Shown here: positions 1 through 9,623 of the stretch, piece after piece | Layout of the letters: each line of letters starts with the position of its first letter | Position numbering within the stretch: position 1 is the first letter of the stretch | Virus record (IMG/VR): IMGVR_UViG_3300029286_001003 | Length of the DNA stretch: 64,000 nucleotides | From: an uncultured virus (IMG/VR IMGVR_UViG_3300029286_001003) | Lineage: Duplodnaviria; Heunggongvirae; Uroviricota; Caudoviricetes | Strand: one strand, 5' to 3' | Position numbers and translations under genes: made by a program | The notes under the pieces: model-generated | What the model saw: the letters and a program-made list of their open reading frames with translations, nothing else | What the model was told of the DNA's origin: nothing | The model's database searches: none

Positions 1-790
1 GTTCACCAGTAGAATTTTGAAAAGCGGGATCATTCAAATTCGGTGTGGTTAATGTTCTTAATCTTTTCATATCGTGTATATAAGCTTTGTAATATACTTT
101 TTTCATATTTTCGAATTCAATATTTTCACCACAATCCAATTTATCAGTATCGACCTTCCAAGATGGATAATAACATCTTACAGTCAATGGAATTTTAATA
201 ATTTTATCCCTAGAACCTTCCACTGGAATATCCCTAGGTAATTCGAATGTTTTATCATCCGGTTTTTGTAAAACCAAATCTATTTTTAAACCATAATAAT
301 CCATACTGAAGAAATAGTAGTTATATAACATATCTAATATTTTTTGATAACAAATATAACTTTCACCTTCAGATGCCAAATGTATTTCCACATTATAAGT
401 TAATTGAATGGGTATCGCTTTCACTTTGGTTACGATTCTCTTCAATTCCTTATTTATCTTAACAGTTTTAGGTATATACATATTTGGGTTCGCGTATTCA
501 TCACTAACTGGTGACCAGTTTTCTAATGTTATAACACCACGTTGTTTTTGATCTGTATTAAGTTCAACCCTTTGATCGGTAACATCATCAACAAATGAAT
601 CTAATAAAAAACGTTGTTCACCAACCATACTTGAGTAGAAAGGTAATGAAACACATTTTTTTCCGGTTTCGAATCTATAAACCCATCTAATATTTCTGTT
701 TAATGTTTTAGCCAAGGCGACTAAAATCATTCTAAAATAATTATTATCATAATTATATTCGTGTCCAATTTTACTCAAGTCAGAACTCAT
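1..790 (-). CDS. Putative tail completion/sheath stabiliser protein (T4 gp15-like), runs off window edge
   Basis: Not in ORF track. Manually translated open frame from ATG at 790 (MSSDLSKIGHEYNYDNNYFRMILVALAKTLN...SLPFY...AIPIQLTYNVEIHL...YQKILDMLY) resembles the gp15 pattern; TTAATATATA motif upstream. Confidence 0.55.
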   Translation of the reverse strand, partial: MSSDLSKIGHEYNYDNNYFRMILVALAKTLNRNIRWVYRFETGKKCVSLPFYSSMVGEQRFLLDSFVDDVTDQRVELNTDQKQRGVITLENWSPVSDEYANPNMYIPKTVKINKELKRIVTKVKAIPIQLTYNVEIHLASEGESYICYQKILDMLYNYYFFSMDYYGLKIDLVLQKPDDKTFELPRDIPVEGSRDKIIKIPLTVRCYYPSWKVDTDKLDCGENIEFENMKKVYYKAYIHDMKRLRTLTTPNLNDPAFQNSTGE

Positions 791-830
791 CGATGTGTGT
801 TTTCTTTTTATATATTAAATATCCTAAAAC

Positions 831-862
831 AAAAAAGGGTTCATATAGATGAACCCCCTTTT
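831..862 (-). terminator. Intrinsic terminator hairpin
   Basis: GGGTTCAT-atag-ATGAACCC stem flanked by A/T runs, just past the stop of 881..1687. Confidence 0.75.
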
Positions 863-880
863 GAAAGAATTTAATATTAA

Positions 881-1687
881 TTACACATATAACTTTTTTA
901 TTGGAATTTTCGACCATTCTTTTAATTTTGAATACCACGAATTAACATTTGGTTGATGTGACATTCTACCTCTTTTTGCCGAATTAATTAAGTTTCTCTT
1001 ATATTTGTCCCATTGGGGATCTTCCATGTATTTTTCAACAAGACGTGCCAATGGTGTTGCAAATTCAAATTTTCCAGCGTAATGAAAATATTTCCATATT
1101 TCGACATTTAAATCTATACATTCATTTGTAAATTTGGGATCACCCTGTTTTAACTTATTACCATATTTTCTAATAGAATTGGTTGTTACTTCCGGATTAC
1201 CTGTAAGAAATTTGATTATGTGTGTATTGGTCAATTTGGTGTTTTTAACCAATTGATCCATTTTTGTGTAAAAGGGGTTTTCTTCTTTGACAAAACTATC
1301 GATATTATCTTTTGCCCCCCATTTCTTTGAATTGTTATTTACGATTTCTGTAATATATTCCCTGATTTGAAATTTCAGTTCATCATCAGATAATATATTT
1401 TCATTTTCAAATACATGGAAAGTAAAATATACATCTTGATCCAATTCCACACTCACCTCAAAACGATGTTGACCATCTAAAATATACCATTGTCCAATTT
1501 TACCATACAATCCTCTCATATCAATCCATAAAATCATGGGAATTGAAGGATCAAATCCTATTTTTTTCATAGATTTTCGAATCAATTTTTTGTTCGATTC
1601 ATAAATTACCCTATTGATCGGGATGTAATGTAATTTAGAAAAATCATGGGTACTGAAAATGTAAAATTTCTTTTTTGTCTTTTTCAT
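881..1687 (-). CDS. ParB/Srx-like N-terminal domain protein
   Basis: ILDGQHR motif, preceded by INR and a GF..P.I segment. Confidence 0.65.
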   Translation of the reverse strand: MKKTKKKFYIFSTHDFSKLHYIPINRVIYESNKKLIRKSMKKIGFDPSIPMILWIDMRGLYGKIGQWYILDGQHRFEVSVELDQDVYFTFHVFENENILSDDELKFQIREYITEIVNNNSKKWGAKDNIDSFVKEENPFYTKMDQLVKNTKLTNTHIIKFLTGNPEVTTNSIRKYGNKLKQGDPKFTNECIDLNVEIWKYFHYAGKFEFATPLARLVEKYMEDPQWDKYKRNLINSAKRGRMSHQPNVNSWYSKLKEWSKIPIKKLYV

Positions 1688-1738
1688 AATAATAATTTTT
1701 AGGTTTTAGGTTTTTGGTTTATGTTTAAATTTGAATTA

Positions 1739-1770
1739 CAAAATTACGACTTATTTTTTAATAAAAAAAA
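1739..1770 (-). promoter_or_regulatory. Host-type (Bacteroidetes sigma-A) early promoter
   Basis: TTTTTTTATT-N13-TAATTTTG on the minus strand; same motif recurs many times. Confidence 0.7.
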
Positions 1771-1775
1771 TTATT

Positions 1776-2063
1776 TTAACGATTTTCCTTATAAACAATT
1801 ATATAGTCCGGATTAAATCTACTACAACATTTACCACATGATGTTTTTCCTTTTGGTCTTTTATATTTATAACTAACATGTCCATTTGGACAAACCCCGA
1901 TATAAGGGGCGTTATTTTGTGCGAATTCATTTTTTTCACCAATAAAACTATCAACCTTATAAACACGTTCACCATTCCCACCCAATTCAATATGTTTTGA
2001 TTTCCAAATGTAATTATGACCATTTCTTGGTCCAACTACAGCGTGTGCTATTTCGTGTGTAAT
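1776..2063 (-). pseudogene. SprT-like zinc metalloprotease, N-terminus missing
   Basis: Frame upstream of the ORF-track start reads ITHEIAHAVVGPRNGHNYIWK (HExxH...H), then a CPNGH...CGKC zinc ribbon; no upstream start codon. Confidence 0.7.
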
Positions 2064-2219
2064 GTAATTAAAACTGGTGGAAAAATAATCATTGTGGTGA
2101 ATGGGAGTAAAGACATAACAAGATTTATAGAATCTTTAAATCATGGTAAATTCAAAGAAGTTAATCATGAAAGGTCAGATAATAGTAAATTACATTATAT
2201 AACAGCAATTAAACAATAA
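2064..2219 (+). pseudogene. C-terminal fragment, possibly of a SAM methyltransferase
   Basis: VIKTGGKIII resembles the LKPGG motif; abuts the SprT fragment head-to-head. Confidence 0.3.
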
Positions 2220-2224
2220 TTATT

Positions 2225-2461
2225 ATGAAAAAGACAAAAACAACACAAAAAGAAGAAATCATTAAAATGTTAGATGGTATGAATGCTCATGCTTTGGCCA
2301 TCACACAGGAAAAGGTTAGTCAGGTTTATGATTTTTACAAATCATGGTTGGATACCAAAACATCAGATTCCGAAGTTATTATGAATGGTAAGGTTATATT
2401 TGGTAATAAACACAATTTTACCATCCTTATATCATCCAGACCCCGTAATAGGAAAAAATAA
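2225..2461 (+). CDS. Hypothetical protein
   Basis: ORF with plausible composition. Confidence 0.5.
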   Translation: MKKTKTTQKEEIIKMLDGMNAHALAITQEKVSQVYDFYKSWLDTKTSDSEVIMNGKVIFGNKHNFTILISSRPRNRKK

Positions 2462-2485
2462 CGTTTTTGGGAGAATTTCTGATAA

Positions 2486-2896
2486 TTATTTCTTGATTTT
2501 ATCAGAAATTCTCTTAAAGATATTAAGTAATTTAAAATCTGAATTATTTTCCGGGTCTATTTGTACACCATACATATAGTAAATGGAATTTACAACTTCA
2601 TGTACTTCATCATCGTTGTGTAATATATCAAACAGGTCTATTTTATCATCCAAATCATAATTTCTAATATCGGTAGATAAAATTCTCTTAAAGAAATTAT
2701 CAGCAATTTGATAATATTTCAATATTTCTTGTTTTTTGGATTCTTTTTCTTCTTTCTTATATGGATTTTTCAAGAAATCGATTTCATCCGGGGTTAAATT
2801 TTCTATTCCTTTATCCAATAGATCATCCATTTCAATTTCCAAATCCGTTTTTAAAGATTCGTTTAATTCTTTATATGTTTTCAAATATTTCATCAA
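2486..2896 (-). CDS. Hypothetical protein with capsid-targeting-like N-terminus
   Basis: Starts MKYLKTYKELNE. Confidence 0.6.
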   Translation of the reverse strand: MMKYLKTYKELNESLKTDLEIEMDDLLDKGIENLTPDEIDFLKNPYKKEEKESKKQEILKYYQIADNFFKRILSTDIRNYDLDDKIDLFDILHNDDEVHEVVNSIYYMYGVQIDPENNSDFKLLNIFKRISDKIKK

Positions 2897-4206
2897 TTAA
2901 ATAATTCTTTTTTAAATAAACTATATTTCTTCAGATATTCTCTCAATAATTTTGGTTTTACTGGTTCTTTTTGTTCATCAATATTTTTATTCAATTTTGT
3001 TTTAAAATCATTGAAATCATCAAATTCAAATTTAAAAAATATTTCGTTGTCAATCGGATAATATTCTATTGAATAATTTTTTTTCACTTTATCATAAATA
3101 ATTCTTAAATATTTACCATCGATAGAATAATAATGTATTTCATTTTTATCATATATAACATTTTCTGGTTTTATATAATTAAAGATGTTATTTAATAAAG
3201 ACATAAAATCATTATCATCATAATCTTCTATCTTTTTATTTTTATCTGAATCTTTAAAACAATTATAATAATTACGATCAATACTATCAAGAACAGATTG
3301 ACGATTTTCACCAAATGAGTTAAATTTTAATTTTTTTGTTTTTAACAAATCGTTTTGAATATAGTAAATTAAAATAACATTATTAGATAAATCCACTTCT
3401 ATATTAATATAAGCATCTTCTTTTTTGGTTTTAATAATGTAGATTGTATTACTATTTTTTGTTTTATATTCCCCGGTGAAACTATCTGTTTCTAATATAG
3501 TTTTTAATTCATCAAAAAATACTTGGTAGATATTCTTTTGTATTTTATTTTCACCATGTTCCAGAATTTTAATGGATTTTGGATTGAATACTATTAATTG
3601 TTGTGGTTCATTGTCGTTCACAACACCTTTATTATCTACAATTCCATCATATCCTAATTTATTGAAAAATCTATTCCAAGTGATATGTGGTAAATATTTA
3701 TAACTATTTATATTAATTGTATTAGAACCTGATGTTAATACATTTCTTTTTGATGGTTCAACATTTAACATATCAAGAACATCCCATAATTTTTTATCAT
3801 ATCTTTGATTACTTTTTCCGAAGTCACCAAAGTTTATTTTGTTAAAGACATCAGATAACCCGGTTTTAATAAAAAATTGTTCAATATCATTAAGATTAAC
3901 ACTATTTATTTTTAGAAAATTTTTGGTGTTTATTTGACAAATATAATAATATTTCATCGAATATCCATATTGCATCGAACTACTATCTTCCCCAGATATA
4001 AAATTAGATGGATAAAAATAAATTCCATATGGATCATGGTGTTTTTTTTGTGGATTGATACCTAATTTATTTAAATCAGTAAAATGAACATATATATTTT
4101 TTTGATTCGAATATTTCTTTAAATTAAGAAAAGCAGTATAAGATTCTTCCTGATTGATCAAATTTTCTAATATAATAGATTCAAATATTTTAAAATTAGT
4201 TATCAT
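2893..4206 (-). CDS. Putative ADP-ribosyltransferase-fold protein with capsid-targeting-like tag
   Basis: Likely start MITNFKIFE at 4206; YVHFT...GIYFYP...GYDGI...EPQQLIVFNPKSIK resembles ART-PolyVal-type domains. Confidence 0.55.
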   Translation of the reverse strand: MITNFKIFESIILENLINQEESYTAFLNLKKYSNQKNIYVHFTDLNKLGINPQKKHHDPYGIYFYPSNFISGEDSSSMQYGYSMKYYYICQINTKNFLKINSVNLNDIEQFFIKTGLSDVFNKINFGDFGKSNQRYDKKLWDVLDMLNVEPSKRNVLTSGSNTININSYKYLPHITWNRFFNKLGYDGIVDNKGVVNDNEPQQLIVFNPKSIKILEHGENKIQKNIYQVFFDELKTILETDSFTGEYKTKNSNTIYIIKTKKEDAYINIEVDLSNNVILIYYIQNDLLKTKKLKFNSFGENRQSVLDSIDRNYYNCFKDSDKNKKIEDYDDNDFMSLLNNIFNYIKPENVIYDKNEIHYYSIDGKYLRIIYDKVKKNYSIEYYPIDNEIFFKFEFDDFNDFKTKLNKNIDEQKEPVKPKLLREYLKKYSLFKKELFN

Positions 4207-5194
4207 TTCCGTATTCATTTTTTAATATTTCCATCATTTCAAGATGATTATGAACTGTTTTTATTTGATAATTGTGTTCCAAACCATATTTAGTTACTAT
4301 TTCGTCAATATCCTTTTTTTCTAATCCTCTGGTTCCATAATTATGTATCGGTAATGGATCACCACCCGTTGTTTTAAAATACAAAATACTATTTCTTGGA
4401 ACTTTAAATGATTTACTATTAACCGACCATTCACCTTCATACTCGTAAACTTTTGATATATATTCAAAAGATCTTAAAAGTATTTTTTTTAATTCGTTAA
4501 ATGTTAATTTTTCAATTATATAATCTTCAACAGGTTTCCAATTTGACCAAGGATACTCACTCGTTTTTGGATATTTAGATGCTAAATCTTTAACTATTTC
4601 TAATGTAATTTTGGTAAAATCATCAAGGGTATTTATATGAAGTTGTCCTGCGTGATATAAATGATTTAATTTTTCCGTCAGTTCATATTGTGATTCATCA
4701 ATATATTTAATAACACCATTCTTATCATAGAAATATTTAAAATCCAACCCACCTTTTTTATTATGTTTAACATTATAATGTAAGTCTTGAAATATTGATC
4801 TTATTGCAGAAGAAAAAGATATATCTGTATTTTTATATATTGTAAAATTTGGTTCATTCATTGTTAATCTCCTCCAAAATTTAAAATTGTTTTTACACAA
4901 CGAATCGGTGTTAAAATATTCTATTGGTTCAATATCATTTAATTTCACAACATCAGACCCTTTCATTATAAGTAACAAATCCCTAATATCAAAAAAACTT
5001 TTACTTATTCTATAATGATCCGAAATTCCTTTTAACTGAATAAATTCCATTCTCATCAATGAATCTAATGTAGAATTTCTTTTATCTCGTTCTTGTTCGA
5101 AATGACCACTTGGTAATCTCAACACAAGATAGAACCATTTAGGAACTTCTTTTTTTACCCATTTTTTTTCAAATATTTGGAAATCTGTTATCAT
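4196..5194 (-). CDS. Hypothetical protein with capsid-targeting-like tag
   Basis: Starts MITDFQIFE; late promoter at 5203-5212; possible E-x-E motif (EYEGEW). Confidence 0.6.
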   Translation of the reverse strand: MITDFQIFEKKWVKKEVPKWFYLVLRLPSGHFEQERDKRNSTLDSLMRMEFIQLKGISDHYRISKSFFDIRDLLLIMKGSDVVKLNDIEPIEYFNTDSLCKNNFKFWRRLTMNEPNFTIYKNTDISFSSAIRSIFQDLHYNVKHNKKGGLDFKYFYDKNGVIKYIDESQYELTEKLNHLYHAGQLHINTLDDFTKITLEIVKDLASKYPKTSEYPWSNWKPVEDYIIEKLTFNELKKILLRSFEYISKVYEYEGEWSVNSKSFKVPRNSILYFKTTGGDPLPIHNYGTRGLEKKDIDEIVTKYGLEHNYQIKTVHNHLEMMEILKNEYGNDN

Positions 5195-5214
5195 AATTAC
5201 AGTATATATTAAAT

Positions 5215-5248
5215 AAAAAACCGTAAAGATTGTTCCTATCTTTACGGT
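5215..5248 (-). terminator. Intrinsic terminator of the putative ncRNA
   Basis: 11-bp perfect stem ACCGTAAAGAT/ATCTTTACGGT followed by a T-run on the minus strand. Confidence 0.8.
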
Positions 5249-5460
5249 GCCGAAATCGTAATTTCTACGACTTCTTTACTCCTTCAACACTGTTTCAATT
5301 AAATGGTTGATGAGATAAATTTATATAATGAATACTATCCCAGAAACATAAGGGATATTGACGTTTCCCAGACAAGGTGCTTCTTAGGTTTCTTATTAGA
5401 AACGTTCGTCCACAGAGCCGGCCTCCACGTCCAAAAACCGATATTCCATCGGCCTTTTGT
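5215..5460 (-). ncRNA. Unknown structured ncRNA (~240 nt)
   Basis: GC-enriched intergenic island with at least five hairpins, TTAATATATA promoter at 5463-5472 and a terminator; no credible ORF. Confidence 0.65.
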
Positions 5461-5523
5461 ATTATATATTAAATCTTTTAAGTCTGAATGAAGTTTTTTG
5501 GAATAAAAAATAATATATAGTTT

Positions 5524-6108
5524 ATGATGAATTTTTTAAAAACATTTGAAAGTTTAACTGATTATAAAGTGGAAGTTCTAACCACCACAAAAATTAGAAA
5601 AATTTATAATAAATTATATTCGAATAATATAAACTTTGATTTAAAAGATAAAATTAATTATTTTGATTATCAAGATATGAGAGGTTCGTGGGGTGGTGGA
5701 AATGATATTTATGATAAAACATTAAGATTAATAACTGCTTATAATGATAAAGACATATTGGGTATATGTAAAATTGCTTATTGGACAATGACTAAACATT
5801 TTGCTGTTAGTTATTTATCTACAAATAAAGACTATTTCCATATGGGAGTTTCAAAGAAAATATTAGAAGTGTTATTTCAATATTTTTCCGAAACATATCC
5901 CGGTGAAATATTAGGATGGTCTGGATATTCTATTGACGGTTGGAAATACCTTCATCCTAAAATTTTAGAATTATCTAAAAAATATAATGTAAAACTGGAA
6001 GAAAAAGGTATTGAATATGTTACTGGTGATTGGACCGATGAAAAAAGGGAATTATATAATAAAAGTAGGGAAGAAATTAAAAATATTTATGGTTATTATC
6101 CTTATTGA
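5524..6108 (+). CDS. GNAT-family acetyltransferase with capsid-targeting-like tag
   Basis: Starts MNFLKTFES; LGICKI...VSYLSTNKDYFHMGVSKKIL resembles GNAT motif A. Confidence 0.6.
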   Translation: MMNFLKTFESLTDYKVEVLTTTKIRKIYNKLYSNNINFDLKDKINYFDYQDMRGSWGGGNDIYDKTLRLITAYNDKDILGICKIAYWTMTKHFAVSYLSTNKDYFHMGVSKKILEVLFQYFSETYPGEILGWSGYSIDGWKYLHPKILELSKKYNVKLEEKGIEYVTGDWTDEKRELYNKSREEIKNIYGYYPY

Positions 6109-6166
6109 TTTTTAAATATGACCAACAACCATAGGATTTTCATTTATCACCACATCAACACCTTTA

Positions 6167-6352
6167 TTAAAATAAAAGTTTAAATAAAACAACAATACAT
6201 AAAATTATAATGAATAAAACAAAAGGTATCCATAATGGTGAGAATACCCACCACCAACTCCAAGATATAACACCTACTAATTTAAGAATTAAAAATACAA
6301 TAAATAAAGTACCACCTAATCCGATACCACTTGATGTTTGTTGATTTGTCAT
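6167..6352 (-). CDS. Small membrane protein
   Basis: Two hydrophobic helices, WSWWWVFSPLWI motif common in phages. Confidence 0.7.
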   Translation of the reverse strand: MTNQQTSSGIGLGGTLFIVFLILKLVGVISWSWWWVFSPLWIPFVLFIIILCIVVLFKLLF

Positions 6353-6405
6353 AATAATTTTAATTTGTTTTTATTTATAGTTAAAAAATAAATTAAAGTT
6401 TTAAA

Positions 6406-7380
6406 TTAGCCATATAATTCATCAATGATTCTAACAGCCTTCTCGTAGCGGATTGCCCAATCAGATCCGTTCACAATTTGAACGTTACAACCCTGTGAAA
6501 TAAGAAAATCATAATGATAATCCCTCAATTCATTTCTTCTTTCTTCATTCAATCTGGTTCCATCATCGATGTAAGGTGCATCATTTTCTAGAAAAATATG
6601 TAGATCAAATTTATTAGCTTCTTCTATCCATTCTTCGAAAATTGGTATTTTGTTGAATAAGAAATAAGAATACATTTTAGTTGTATTCAAATCTGTATCA
6701 GCAAATAAAATTTTATTTGATGTTACAATTTTCCCCTGAATGTCTTTAGCATGGGATTTTCCAATTTCCATTATCATATCAAATGTACATTCATCAGTAT
6801 TTGGACAAATCACCCTACCCCATTCCTGAACAAAATTAGTATGATACCTTTTAGCTAATTTTTCAGTCATTGTACTTTTACCAGTGGATTCTGTACCACA
6901 AATACATATTTTTTTAACAAAATATGGTTTAACAACATCCGGGATATAATCCCAGTAAACGAACGGGCTATTCCGAATCTTAGTCCCTGATACAAAGAAC
7001 TCCACGCGATCATTATCAAACATAATATGTTCAATACCCATAAATTCCGCTGTGAAATCACCATAACGTTCCGATGAGAACAAATAGTTCACGTCAGGAA
7101 ATTCTTTTTTTAACCAGTCGCCCCACATTCTAGAAATCAATTTAGACGAATATGGCACGATTGGTAACTGAATGTCAGTAATCCTCACTTCAATGTTTAA
7201 ATCGTTTTTAAACGTATCTAATAACCATCCTAGACGTTTTTTTCCGGGTATCGGATCATCATTGCCAACACAAAGTAAAACATAAAGATAATCACACTGA
7301 GATTGTGCGAATTTAATTAAAGATTCGTGCCCGATGTGATAAGGGGTGAATTTTCCAAAGACTAATCCTATTTTTTTCAT
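6406..7380 (-). CDS. nadR: NadR-type NMN adenylyltransferase / ribosylnicotinamide kinase (no HTH)
   Basis: GKFTPYHIGH (HIGH motif), SGTKIR, P-loop GTESTGKST, DDGTR. Confidence 0.92.
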   Translation of the reverse strand: MKKIGLVFGKFTPYHIGHESLIKFAQSQCDYLYVLLCVGNDDPIPGKKRLGWLLDTFKNDLNIEVRITDIQLPIVPYSSKLISRMWGDWLKKEFPDVNYLFSSERYGDFTAEFMGIEHIMFDNDRVEFFVSGTKIRNSPFVYWDYIPDVVKPYFVKKICICGTESTGKSTMTEKLAKRYHTNFVQEWGRVICPNTDECTFDMIMEIGKSHAKDIQGKIVTSNKILFADTDLNTTKMYSYFLFNKIPIFEEWIEEANKFDLHIFLENDAPYIDDGTRLNEERRNELRDYHYDFLISQGCNVQIVNGSDWAIRYEKAVRIIDELYG

Positions 7381-8237
7381 TTTGAATTATTTATATTAAA
7401 AATTTTATCAATATTTTTAAAATTATTATCCATAATTATATTATAATTATATAATTCTTTAGCCGATTTTTCTTTTAATAAATTTGTTTTTAAATGTTTA
7501 TTCCAATAATATGTTGATTTAATTTCAAAAACAACTTTTGTGTCTTTTATTTTAAAATCAATAAAATAATTATGCCTTTTTCCATCTTCTATATAACTTA
7601 TTCTTGGTCCTTTCTCGATTAATTGAAATTTATTTATAGATTCTAAATATTTTAAAAATTTAAGTTCATATGTTCCATAATAATCAATACCATTATATTG
7701 TTTGATATTTTTAATTACCCAACCACTATTGAGTTTTCTTTTACCATTTTTAAACGATTCAATCGCCGATAAACTCATTTTATCTTTAGTTTCTTGACTT
7801 CTTTTTTGTCCAATAACCTTTAATAATCTTTTTCTTGTTGATTCTTTTTCTTTTTCTTTTATTTTTTCTTTACTACTTTCCCAAGTAAACGGATTTCCAT
7901 TTTCTTCCATCCATTTTTTATGTGCTAATTTCTGATTTTCAGATGGACTAATTCCAAAATTTCCATTTCTTTCTCCCCTACATTGACATTTTTTACAATA
8001 ATGAATATTAATTTCTAAATTTAAATTTCTTATTCTACGTTCAAATATTTTTTTACAATCATTACATTTTACTTTTATAAATTTTTTTCGATAAAAACTT
8101 TTCGTTATTAATTTTGACCAATGAACTAAATAAATTTTATTAAGTTCTGGTTTAAATCCCAAAGTTTTTAACCATCTACTTGGTTGTGAATAATGAGTTA
8201 ATATTACTTCTACATTTTCAAATTTTTTTAAATACAT
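7377..8237 (-). CDS. Free-standing homing endonuclease (NUMOD3 + PD-(D/E)XK/TnsA-like)
   Basis: CxxC pairs, RSQETKDKMS NUMOD3 repeat, YE..F...YFIDF...FEIKS. Confidence 0.7.
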   Translation of the reverse strand: MYLKKFENVEVILTHYSQPSRWLKTLGFKPELNKIYLVHWSKLITKSFYRKKFIKVKCNDCKKIFERRIRNLNLEINIHYCKKCQCRGERNGNFGISPSENQKLAHKKWMEENGNPFTWESSKEKIKEKEKESTRKRLLKVIGQKRSQETKDKMSLSAIESFKNGKRKLNSGWVIKNIKQYNGIDYYGTYELKFLKYLESINKFQLIEKGPRISYIEDGKRHNYFIDFKIKDTKVVFEIKSTYYWNKHLKTNLLKEKSAKELYNYNIIMDNNFKNIDKIFNINNSK

Positions 8238-8328
8238 AAGATATTTTTATCTTATATATTAAATTTAAAAATCTAATTTTTACCATTCCATATTGGACAT
8301 CAGACTAAAAGAAATAAACACCAAGATT

Positions 8329-8359
8329 CAAATTTAATATTTTTTTTAAAATAAAAAAA
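8329..8359 (-). promoter_or_regulatory. Host-type early promoter for endonuclease-nadR
   Basis: TTTTTTTATT-N13-TAAATTTG. Confidence 0.6.
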
Positions 8360-8375
8360 TTTTAATATATATTAT

Positions 8376-8927
8376 ATGAAAAAAACTATATTATTTATAA
8401 TTTTATTTTTATTTAGTTTCATTTCTTTTGGTTTTGATCAAAAATATCCAGAACACTTTATTAATATTATGAAATCTGTTTTATTGTTTGAAGGTGGATT
8501 TTCTGATATATTAGATGATCCGGGAGGTGCAACAAATTTCGGTGTGACTCAACAAACATATGATTTTTATAGATTAAATAAAAATCTTTCACAACAAACT
8601 GTAAAAAATATAACAATAGATGAAGTTTATGATTGTTATTATAGATTTTATTATTTGTCTTCCGGTTGTGATACCCTTTCACCAGCTTTAGCATTTGTAC
8701 ATTTTGATTGTAGTGTGAATTTTGGTGTTTCCAAATCGAAAAAACTTTTTTTACAATCCATTAACAAATTAGATACTTTAGATAAAAAATTAGCATTCAA
8801 CTATATAGAAGTTAGAAAAAATGAAAGATATGAAATAGTCAAAAGAAATGAGAAAAAAAGAAAATTTTTAAAAGGTTGGCTCGCTAGGGATGAAAAAATT
8901 AGATTAATCATCGAACAATATTATTGA
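8376..8927 (+). CDS. Secreted lysozyme, glycoside hydrolase family 108
   Basis: Signal peptide; EGGF...DPGGATNFGVT; C-terminal FLKGWLAR. Confidence 0.85.
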   Translation: MKKTILFIILFLFSFISFGFDQKYPEHFINIMKSVLLFEGGFSDILDDPGGATNFGVTQQTYDFYRLNKNLSQQTVKNITIDEVYDCYYRFYYLSSGCDTLSPALAFVHFDCSVNFGVSKSKKLFLQSINKLDTLDKKLAFNYIEVRKNERYEIVKRNEKKRKFLKGWLARDEKIRLIIEQYY

Positions 8928-9525
8928 GATATTTTATTTTCAACCAATTAAACAATCCATAGATTGCCATACCTGTAAATATGATATATTCTATTCCAAC
9001 CACAAATATTCCAGAATAAAAGAATAATCCAACACAAAATATATCAGTAACTATCCAAACATACCAAGATTCAATATATTTCTTCGATAATAAATTAATT
9101 CCAACAACACTCATAATCAAAACAGTAACATCTAAAAATGGGTTTTCTGATTTCACTGGAAATATTTTATCTATATTATCCAATAATAACCACCCAAGAA
9201 TTATAGATATTATTATACTTATAAATGTTATTATTCTTTGTTTGTTCGTCATAAAAATTAATCCCTTATCTTCATCTTTATCTGTTTTCTTCCATATAAA
9301 AATTGATATTAAACATATATAGGTGAAATATATTTGTAATAACATATTAGCATATAATCCTGTGTACCAAAACAAAAAGAAGAAACAAATTTGGGCAACA
9401 ATACTTGTCACCCAGTTCCACAGGTTTGCTTTTGTTGCTAAAATAACGGATATAAAATTAAAAATAGAACCTATCAGTTCTAAATAAGTTAAATTATATC
9501 CAAATATAGTTAATACGGTTCCCAT
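8908..9525 (-). CDS. pnuC: PnuC nicotinamide riboside transporter
   Basis: About 7 TM helices; NW, LQ.YF, KYIESWYVW motifs. Confidence 0.9.
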   Translation of the reverse strand: MGTVLTIFGYNLTYLELIGSIFNFISVILATKANLWNWVTSIVAQICFFFLFWYTGLYANMLLQIYFTYICLISIFIWKKTDKDEDKGLIFMTNKQRIITFISIIISIILGWLLLDNIDKIFPVKSENPFLDVTVLIMSVVGINLLSKKYIESWYVWIVTDIFCVGLFFYSGIFVVGIEYIIFTGMAIYGLFNWLKIKYLNNIVR

Positions 9526-9574
9526 ATTTGGTAAGTTACGAAAAATAAACGGGATAAAAAAATGTAAGGGAAGA

Positions 9575-9623
9575 TTTCGTCTTTTTAGACGAAAATTAAG
9601 GAAATTCGTCTTTTTAGACGAAT
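9575..9623. repeat. Two tandem 20-bp palindromes (TTCGTCT-TTTT-AGACGAA core)
   Basis: 9575-9594 and 9604-9623. Confidence 0.85.

Noticed and set aside
5215..5460. tmRNA, tRNA, RNase P or group I intron identity for the structured RNA
   Set aside because: No GGTTCGA T-arm or NCCA acceptor end, no RNase P conserved motifs recognised, and it does not interrupt a gene
5303..5491. 62-aa plus-strand ORF
   Set aside because: Atypical composition, antisense to the promoter/terminator-bounded structured RNA
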